Notes under the pieces: generated by a model
Database searches by the model: none
Seen by the model: only the letters and a program-made list of their open reading frames with translations
What the model was told of the DNA's origin: nothing
Assembly (NCBI GenBank): GCA_004284765.1
Contig: NQJD01000031.1
Span: forward strand, 1 to 28,901
DNA from: Candidatus Electronema aureum
GTDB taxonomy: Bacteria; Desulfobacterota; Desulfobulbia; Desulfobulbales; Desulfobulbaceae
Length of the DNA: 28,901 nt
Reading direction: 5' to 3'
Shown here: positions 1 through 5,800 of the stretch, piece after piece
Layout: the number at the start of each line of letters is the position of its first letter
Position numbering within the stretch: position 1 is the stretch's first letter
Program-made: the position numbers and the translations under genes

Positions 1-154
1 ATTACATCGAACTGGCAATACGGGCTTTTCTCCGCATTGAATATCATTGTTTTGTCAAAGGAATTTCTTAGTTCGAGGCAAAGACTGCCATCATCCGTGA
101 CGCTGTTCGGGCGTATTTGACGAAACCAATTTATACGCTTGAGCCTATCAATCT

Positions 155-370
155 TTATGCAACTGCGTAAGTCCTATTCCAGTCAGGATATTCTTTTGCA
201 GCCAGCCCCACGGGGCGTTCTTTGCGCAAGCGCGTCCTTTTCTCTGGCGCAATTGCTTTGATCTCTGCGACCGGCTTGTTACGGCGGCAGATGATCACGG
301 TTTCTCCGGCTTCGGCCTTAGCAAGGGCAGCGGAGAGGTGGCTTTTCATTTCGCTGATGTTGAGCTGCAT
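155..370 (-). CDS. Solo Phd/YefM-family (prevent-host-death-like) type II antitoxin / small DNA-binding protein, 71 aa
   Basis: This lies within track ORF 155..463 (-). I place the start at ATG 370..368 (M32 of the track ORF). It is preceded by AGGAGG (381..376) with a 5-nt spacer, and everything further upstream is CRISPR-repeat and promoter sequence. The product MQLNISEMKSHLSAALAKAEAGETVIICRRNKPVAEIKAI... has the N-terminal pattern typical of Phd/YefM antitoxins (I-x-E-x-K-x-x-L-S ... G-E-x-V-x-I ... K-P-V-A). The stop is TAA at 157..155. Family assignment is from memory of the motif, not from a search. Confidence 0.65.
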   Translation of the reverse strand: MQLNISEMKSHLSAALAKAEAGETVIICRRNKPVAEIKAIAPEKRTRLRKERPVGLAAKEYPDWNRTYAVA

Positions 371-388
371 ACGTTCCTCCTGTAAAAT
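360..388 (+). promoter_or_regulatory. Putative sigma70-type promoter for cas4-cas1-cas2 (TTGAGC-N17-TAAAAT)
   Basis: The -35 is TTGAGC at 360..365, followed by a 17-nt spacer and the -10 TAAAAT at 383..388. The predicted start is near 395-396, 2-3 nt before the solitary repeat. cas4 has no other obvious promoter and no Shine-Dalgarno sequence in 430..480. This is a consensus match only. Confidence 0.3.
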
Positions 389-397
389 GGATTTAAT

Positions 398-429
398 GTC
401 GCCTCCTTCACGGGGGCGTGGATTGAAAC
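398..429 (+). repeat. Solitary (orphan) CRISPR repeat, 32/32 identical to the array repeat and in the same orientation
   Basis: GTCGCCTCCTTCACGGGGGCGTGGATTGAAAC is read directly at 398..429. No second repeat or repeat-like sequence lies within about 35 nt on either side. It sits 51 nt upstream of the cas4 ATG. Confidence 0.95.
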
Positions 430-434
430 CATAC

Positions 435-463
435 ATCATAGATTGCGAGTCCATCCCTGTCAA
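435..463 (-). promoter_or_regulatory. Near-consensus sigma70 promoter driving the antitoxin gene (TTGACA-N17-TATGAT on the minus strand)
   Basis: On the minus strand, TTGACA is at 463..458, followed by a 17-nt spacer (457..441) and TATGAT at 440..435. The predicted start is around 428-432, at the edge of the solitary repeat (429). The 5' UTR would therefore be the antisense of the repeat. Confidence 0.5.
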
Positions 464-480
464 TCAACCTAGAAAATGCC

Positions 481-1110
481 ATGTACAGCGAAGACGACCT
501 CCTGATGATTTCCGCGCTGCAACATCTGTTATTCTGTCCCCGGCAATGTGCCCTTATTCACCTTGAGCAAATCTGGACGGAAAACCGTTTGACTGCTGAA
601 GGGCGACTGATGCACGAGCATGTGCATGAGGCGGGCAGTGATTCCAGAGGCGCGGTGCGGATTGAATACGACATGCCGCTACGTTCCCTGCGGCTGGGGC
701 TTTTAGGCCGGGCAGACGTGGTGGAAATGCAGCGGCAGCCAGATAAGACATGGCAGCCCTTTCCGGTGGAATACAAGCATGGCAAGCCGAAGAAAGACGA
801 CAGCGATTTGGTGCAGCTCTGCGCCCAAGCTCTCTGCTTGGAGGAAATGCTTGGCTGCGCGGTTCCAGCGGGTGCGTTTTATTATGGGGTGAAGAAGCGG
901 CGCACCGAGGTTGCCTTTGATCAGCGGCTGCGGCGAGTCACGGAAGAAGCAGCAGTCCAGCTCCATACGCTGCTTGCTGGCACCATCACACCTGCGCCGG
1001 AATACAACAAACGCTGCGAAAGCTGCTCCCTGATTGACACCTGTCTTCCCCAAACTGCTGGGCGAAGAGGCCGAGTTAGCAATTATATGACAAGGATGAC
1101 GACACTATGA
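481..1110 (+). CDS. cas4: CRISPR-associated exonuclease Cas4 (RecB-like, Fe-S cluster), type I-C style stand-alone Cas4
   Basis: 209 aa. The N-terminus ISALQHLLFCPRQCALIHLEQIW is typical of Cas4. The nuclease motif is D (GRADVV) ... E-x-K (PVEYKHGK). One N-terminal Cys plus the C-terminal C-x2-C-x5-C (CESCSLIDTC) match the 4Fe-4S ligands. Its stop overlaps the cas1 start (ATGA at 1107..1110). Confidence 0.9.
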   Translation: MYSEDDLLMISALQHLLFCPRQCALIHLEQIWTENRLTAEGRLMHEHVHEAGSDSRGAVRIEYDMPLRSLRLGLLGRADVVEMQRQPDKTWQPFPVEYKHGKPKKDDSDLVQLCAQALCLEEMLGCAVPAGAFYYGVKKRRTEVAFDQRLRRVTEEAAVQLHTLLAGTITPAPEYNKRCESCSLIDTCLPQTAGRRGRVSNYMTRMTTL

Positions 1111-2135
1111 AAACGCATCTCAACACCCTGTTTGTAACGACTCAAGGAGCCTATTTAGCCAAAGACGGAGAGACGGTGGCGGTGCGGGTTGAAGGTGAAA
1201 CCAAGCTCCGCCTGCCTGTGCATACCTTGGGCGGGATTGTCTGCTTTGGCAATGTCGGATGCAGCCCCTTTCTCCTTGGCTTTTGCGGCGAGAACAACGT
1301 GGCAGTCAGCTTTCTTGATGAGCATGGCCGCTTTCTGGCGCGGGTGATCGGGCCAGTCTCTGGCAATGTCCTTCTCAGGCGAGAGCAGTACCGCCGTGCC
1401 GATGATCTGGCCTTTTCTGCCCAGATGGCGCGCGCCTTTCTCAGCGGTAAAGTGGGCGGCAGTCGTAACGTGCTTTTGCGCGTGGTGCGCGATCATGGCG
1501 ACAAGGTGGATGTGGAACAGCTCAAGCAAGCCACTGACCGCCTTAGCGCATCGTTGCGGCGGCTTCAGGAAAAGTTGGATTTGGATGCAGTGCGAGGCGT
1601 GGAAGGCGATGCTGCCCATGTCTATTTTCAGCATTTCGATCATCTCATTCTGCGCAACAAAGAGGATTTCTTCTTCCGCGAACGCAGCCGCAGGCCGCCG
1701 CTTGATCGGGTCAACTGCCTGCTCTCGTTCCTTTACACGCTGGTTATGCACGATGTGCGTTCAGCCTTAGAATGCACCGGCCTTGATCCCGCAGTTGGTT
1801 TTCTTCATCGCGACCGACCGGGCCGTCCTGGTTTGGCGTTGGATATGATGGAAGAGTTTAGGCCGTTTGCTGATCGGATCGCCCTGTCGTTGATCAACCT
1901 TGGCCAGCTACAAGGCAAGGATTTCGTCGTTAGCTCCAGCGGCGGGGTACGGATGAAGGACGAGGCAAGGAAAGAGCTATTGACCGCTTATCAGGCGCGC
2001 AAGCAAGACGTGCTGGAACATCCTTTTCTGGGCGAAAAAATGCCGCTCGGTCTCTTCTTTCATACACAAGCCCTGCTCTTGGCCCGCTTCCTACGGGGTG
2101 ATTTAGACGGCTATCCGCCGGTGATGTTTGGATGA
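1107..2135 (+). CDS. cas1: CRISPR-associated integrase/endonuclease Cas1
   Basis: 342 aa. The N-terminus NTLFVTTQGAYLAKDGETVAV and the C-terminal catalytic region GFLHRDRPGRPGLALDMMEEFRP are characteristic of Cas1. It is translationally coupled to cas4. Confidence 0.95.
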   Translation: MKTHLNTLFVTTQGAYLAKDGETVAVRVEGETKLRLPVHTLGGIVCFGNVGCSPFLLGFCGENNVAVSFLDEHGRFLARVIGPVSGNVLLRREQYRRADDLAFSAQMARAFLSGKVGGSRNVLLRVVRDHGDKVDVEQLKQATDRLSASLRRLQEKLDLDAVRGVEGDAAHVYFQHFDHLILRNKEDFFFRERSRRPPLDRVNCLLSFLYTLVMHDVRSALECTGLDPAVGFLHRDRPGRPGLALDMMEEFRPFADRIALSLINLGQLQGKDFVVSSSGGVRMKDEARKELLTAYQARKQDVLEHPFLGEKMPLGLFFHTQALLLARFLRGDLDGYPPVMFG

Positions 2136-2150
2136 AGCCGGAACCAGGCT

Positions 2151-2184
2151 GTCTGTTGACGTTGTCTTAGGCGTGGATTAGCAC
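2151..2184 (+). repeat. Weak repeat-like fragment (psiR1): only the 3' handle part resembles the CRISPR repeat
   Basis: GCGTGGATTAGCAC at 2171..2184 matches the repeat 3' end GCGTGGATTGAAAC at 11/14. GTC at 2151..2153 matches the repeat start. The middle is unrelated and forms no hairpin. TTGACG at 2156..2161 could instead be a -35 box (TTGACG-N17-TAGCAC, with a poor -10). Confidence 0.3.
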
Positions 2185-2193
2185 CGGTTGGAT

Positions 2194-2237
2194 GCAACTC
2201 CCTGAGGTGTTGCTCAGACAAGTCCCCAGGGAGTTGC
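2194..2237 (+). other. Perfect 11-bp inverted repeat (stem-loop) in the cas1-cas2 intergenic region
   Basis: GCAACTCCCTG (2194..2204) is the exact reverse complement of CAGGGAGTTGC (2227..2237), with a 22-nt loop. No T-tract follows, so it is not an obvious intrinsic terminator. Function unknown. Confidence 0.6.
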
Positions 2238-2264
2238 CAAAGCCTGCGCAGAGAAAGAACTCTC

Positions 2265-2299
2265 GTCGCCGCCCTCTTCACGAGGGCGTGGATGGAAAC
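2265..2299 (+). repeat. Degenerate CRISPR repeat (psiR2) 15 nt upstream of the cas2 start codon
   Basis: GTCGCCGCCCTCTTCACGAGGGCGTGGATGGAAAC aligns to the array repeat with a 3-nt insertion and 4 substitutions. The TTCAC loop is identical. The stem is kept as 7 Watson-Crick pairs (2270..2276 with 2282..2288) through compensatory changes. The handle GTGGATGGAAAC differs from GTGGATTGAAAC by one base. Confidence 0.75.
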
Positions 2300-2314
2300 A
2301 GGATGGAAGAATAA

Positions 2315-2605
2315 ATGCTTGTTCTTGTCAGTTACGATGTCAAAACCAGTGATCCCGATGGCCCGAAACGACTGCGGCGAGTTGCCAAAATCTGCCGGGA
2401 TTACGGGCAGAGGGTGCAGTATTCGGTCTTTGAGTGCCTTGTGCCGCCGGATAAATGGGTAGTGATGCGGGCGCGGCTGATTCAGGAGATTGACGAGGAA
2501 AAGGACAGCCTGCGGTTTTATTTTCTCGGTGCCAATTGGAAAAACCGGGTTGAGCATATCGGGGCCAAAGTCGCGATTGACCAAGAAGGGCCGTTGATAG
2601 TATAG
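2315..2605 (+). CDS. cas2: CRISPR-associated endoribonuclease Cas2
   Basis: 96 aa. The N-terminus MLVLVSYDV carries the conserved Asp, and RLRRVAKICRDYGQRVQYSVFEC is the typical Cas2 ferredoxin-fold core. It lies just upstream of the leader and array. Confidence 0.95.
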   Translation: MLVLVSYDVKTSDPDGPKRLRRVAKICRDYGQRVQYSVFECLVPPDKWVVMRARLIQEIDEEKDSLRFYFLGANWKNRVEHIGAKVAIDQEGPLIV

Positions 2606-2809
2606 TTGCGAAATTGTGTTGTCGAGAAGAGAACTACGGGCGGCGCGAACCGCAAGCGAACAGGAAAAGCCGGGAGGTTCGCGGGCCGCGATATAAGGAG
2701 GTGAAAGCTGGAAAAAGCGTGTCACATGTTGGGCGAACGAAACGGAAGAACTATTGTTCGCAAAAATGCAGTAAAATGCCGAATCGCAGCCGTCAGTTGC
2801 GATTCGACA
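2606..2809 (+). promoter_or_regulatory. CRISPR leader (cas2-proximal), containing the presumed array promoter
   Basis: This is 204 bp of non-coding sequence between the cas2 stop and the first repeat. Repeat polarity (3' end ATTGAAAC, as in I-C crRNA 5' handles) makes + the transcribed strand. A candidate -10 TAAAAT is at 2772..2777, but I found no convincing -35. The track ORFs here (2614..2838, 2726..3040) run into the repeats and are not credible. Confidence 0.7.
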
Positions 2810-5800
2810 GTCGCCTCCTTCACGGGGGCGTGGATTGAAACGTCCGTAATTGTCGCGGCGGAAAAATCTGTAGCCGTGTCGCCTCCTTCACGGGGGCGTG
2901 GATTGAAACATCGGCCAAGGACATCGTGCAGGAACTCTGCGACCGTCGCCTCCTTCACGGGGGCGTGGATTGAAACTGGCACGGCGGACAGCACCAGAGA
3001 GTTGACGTTGCGTCGCCTCCTTCACGGGGGCGTGGATTGAAACTTCTTCGTGGCAGGCATACGTGCAGTCATTTCGAGTCGCCTCCTTCACGGGGGCGTG
3101 GATTGAAACTTCAGCAGGTCGCTGCTGTTGAAGATGAGGTACGTCGCCTCCTTCACGGGGGCGTGGATTGAAACACGCGGATCACGCTCGTCGTCATGCC
3201 GAACTTGGTCGCCTCCTTCACGGGGGCGTGGATTGAAACATACTCCAAGAGGTGACAGAATGAGATTTCCCGAAGTCGCCTCCTTCACGGGGGCGTGGAT
3301 TGAAACATTCCACAACTGGCAAGTGAGGTGTGAGAAATCTGTCGCCTCCTTCACGGGGGCGTGGATTGAAACGGTATGCTGTTAGTTACCTGTACGCTTT
3401 TACTTGGTCGCCTCCTTCACGGGGGCGTGGATTGAAACTTGGTTGACTGCTGGGTCGGGGATCAGCACAGACGTCGCCTCCTTCACGGGGGCGTGGATTG
3501 AAACATCCACGCCCTTGTCCAGCACCATGTCCTCGATCGTCGCCTCCTTCACGGGGGCGTGGATTGAAACGTAGCTGATCAATTCTGCCAACTGCCGCGA
3601 CTTGGTCGCCTCCTTCACGGGGGCGTGGATTGAAACACTCTTGCCCGCGCTACGGGCAGGCTCGGTAGCGTCGCCTCCTTCACGGGGGCGTGGATTGAAA
3701 CCTACTTGGGGCAATTAAACAAGCATCTGCCTTTGGTCGCCTCCTTCACGGGGGCGTGGATTGAAACAGTATCGGATGTCGGATAACTCTTGGCGCAGTC
3801 GCCTCCTTCACGGGGGCGTGGATTGAAACTGGTACTAGGTATTGGTTGCGTGCGGATGTAATAGTCGCCTCCTTCACGGGGGCGTGGATTGAAACAGTCT
3901 GTGCGCAATGATCTGATCTCTGCTGACCGTCGCCTCCTTCACGGGGGCGTGGATTGAAACTGCCGGGTTATCCCCCGTGTTTCACTTCGTGCCGTCGCCT
4001 CCTTCACGGGGGCGTGGATTGAAACCTTAGCCGCCGTCCCGCGCGGCCAAGTCTTAGTAGTCGCCTCCTTCACGGGGGCGTGGATTGAAACTAATGATAT
4101 TTTTGCTGCCGGATATATAATATCAGTCGCCTCCTTCACGGGGGCGTGGATTGAAACGGAAAACCTCTAAAGAGCTGAATCTCGAATTTGGTCGCCTCCT
4201 TCACGGGGGCGTGGATTGAAACCCAGCAGTTGTATCAGGCAATGACATGTCACCAAGTCGCCTCCTTCACGGGGGCGTGGATTGAAACTCCGGAATCCGC
4301 TGCCCCTACTGACCCGAAAAACGTCGCCTCCTTCACGGGGGCGTGGATTGAAACACACTGAAACGCACGAGGGCGACGAAATGCTGTACGTCGCCTCCTT
4401 CACGGGGGCGTGGATTGAAACCGAAGACAGACGATCAAGTCAGGATAGAGATCAAGTCGCCTCCTTCACGGGGGCGTGGATTGAAACCTCGTTGCCCTGC
4501 GCTTCCTGACCGGAGGGGATGTCGCCTCCTTCACGGGGGCGTGGATTGAAACACCGCCTCGTTAGCCTGCTCAATGACGGCGTGCTTGTCGCCTCCTTCA
4601 CGGGGGCGTGGATTGAAACTGGAAGAAGCTGGGAACAGGTATATTAGGGACAAGGGTCGCCTCCTTCACGGGGGCGTGGATTGAAACTGGTCAGCATTAG
4701 GATTGCCGTTATAAGTACCAGTCGCCTCCTTCACGGGGGCGTGGATTGAAACTTACCGCCAATGCCGAGGAACTTAACAGCGAGGAGTCGCCTCCTTCAC
4801 GGGGGCGTGGATTGAAACTTCCTGTAGCTGTAGTTCCCAAGCCGCCTCGCCGGTCGCCTCCTTCACGGGGGCGTGGATTGAAACAGCTCGGGACCAAGCT
4901 GTTTCTGTTGCGTTTAAGTCGCCTCCTTCACGGGGGCGTGGATTGAAACGTTAGAGGATGCCAATGCTCGTGCGCTGCCAATTGTCGCCTCCTTCACGGG
5001 GGCGTGGATTGAAACCCCGGCTGCCGGTTGCTTACTTTGACCACCAATTGTCGCCTCCTTCACGGGGGCGTGGATTGAAACAATTGAGCGATACTCATTA
5101 TTGCATTCTATGCCGGTCGCCTCCTTCACGGGGGCGTGGATTGAAACGTACTTAAAATTCTCCCACTCTAATATATGTAGGTCGCCTCCTTCACGGGGGC
5201 GTGGATTGAAACAGCAGGTCTTGTAAAAACGAGCTGGCGCGGTGCGGTCGCCTCCTTCACGGGGGCGTGGATTGAAACACCAGCCTGCTTGATGCCCTCT
5301 GCTCGCACCTTGTCGCCTCCTTCACGGGGGCGTGGATTGAAACCTTTTGCGCGGCCTCGGCGCGGGCCTTGGCGGCGGCAAGTCGCCTCCTTCACGGGGG
5401 CGTGGATTGAAACATCGCCTCGTTAGCCTGCTCAATGACGGTGTACGGTCGCCTCCTTCACGGGGGCGTGGATTGAAACACGGTTTCATTGCCCGTGCGA
5501 CTGGCGACCTCAAGCGTCGCCTCCTTCACGGGGGCGTGGATTGAAACCGCTGTGTGATGTTTTGCTTGCCATACACCATTGGTCGCCTCCTTCACGGGGG
5601 CGTGGATTGAAACAGTTCGCCACAGTTCAAAATTCCGGCAGGCACAAGTCGCCTCCTTCACGGGGGCGTGGATTGAAACTTGTCCCGCACACCCCAGACC
5701 TTGGCCCGACATAGACGGTCGCCTCCTTCACGGGGGCGTGGATTGAAACGGAATCTCCTATTGCCCATCCGAGCACACAGCGGTCGCCTCCTTCACGGGG

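Noticed and set aside
1-173. Calling the open minus-strand frame downstream of the antitoxin as a toxin CDS or pseudogene feature.
   Set aside because: It has no canonical start codon and only about 57 codons are visible. I could recognise no toxin motif (no PIN, Doc, RelE or ParE signature). A competing open frame on the + strand (1..120) also exists. It is reported only as a low-confidence finding.
371-463. N-terminal extension of the antitoxin ORF (track ORF starts at 463: [31 protein letters not shown]...).
   Set aside because: The extension is the translated antisense CRISPR repeat plus the predicted promoter. The internal ATG at 370 has a strong AGGAGG RBS and gives a canonical Phd/YefM N-terminus.
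398-463. Interpreting the predicted anti-repeat RNA as a tracrRNA of a type II or type V system.
   Set aside because: No cas9 or cas12 is present, and the repeat and cas4-cas1-cas2 module are clearly type I-C-like. The anti-repeat is better treated as a possible novel regulatory feature (see findings).
2192-2314. 40-codon ORF (MQLPEVLLRQVPRELPKPAQRKNSRRRPLHEGVDGNRMEE) ending TAA directly against the cas2 ATG.
   Set aside because: Not called as a CDS. No Shine-Dalgarno sequence precedes ATG 2192, and half of the ORF is the reading frame of the degenerate repeat. It is kept only as an observation within the cas1-cas2 gap finding.
2644-2683. Inverted repeat CGCGAACC / GGTTCGCG downstream of cas2, considered as a cas2 terminator.
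   Set aside because: It has only an 8-bp stem, a 24-nt loop and no following T-tract, so it is not convincing as an intrinsic terminator.
222-2725. Overlapping or antisense ORFs: 222..566 +, 554..751 -, 558..785 -, 703..1053 -, 1151..1366 -, 1155..1751 -, 1366..1770 +, 2111..2725 -.
   Set aside because: All lie opposite to, or out of frame within, the well-supported antitoxin, cas4, cas1 and cas2 genes. Their compositions are low-complexity and Arg/Ala/Pro-rich, typical of shadow ORFs in GC-rich coding DNA.
2695-3040. Strong SD-like AAGGAGGTGA at 2695..2704 in the leader, and track ORFs 2614..2838 and 2726..3040 as possible leader peptides.
   Set aside because: The nearest ATG (2726) is more than 20 nt from the SD-like motif. 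Only a CTG (2708) is suitably spaced. Both ORFs run straight into the repeats, so there is no support for a real gene.
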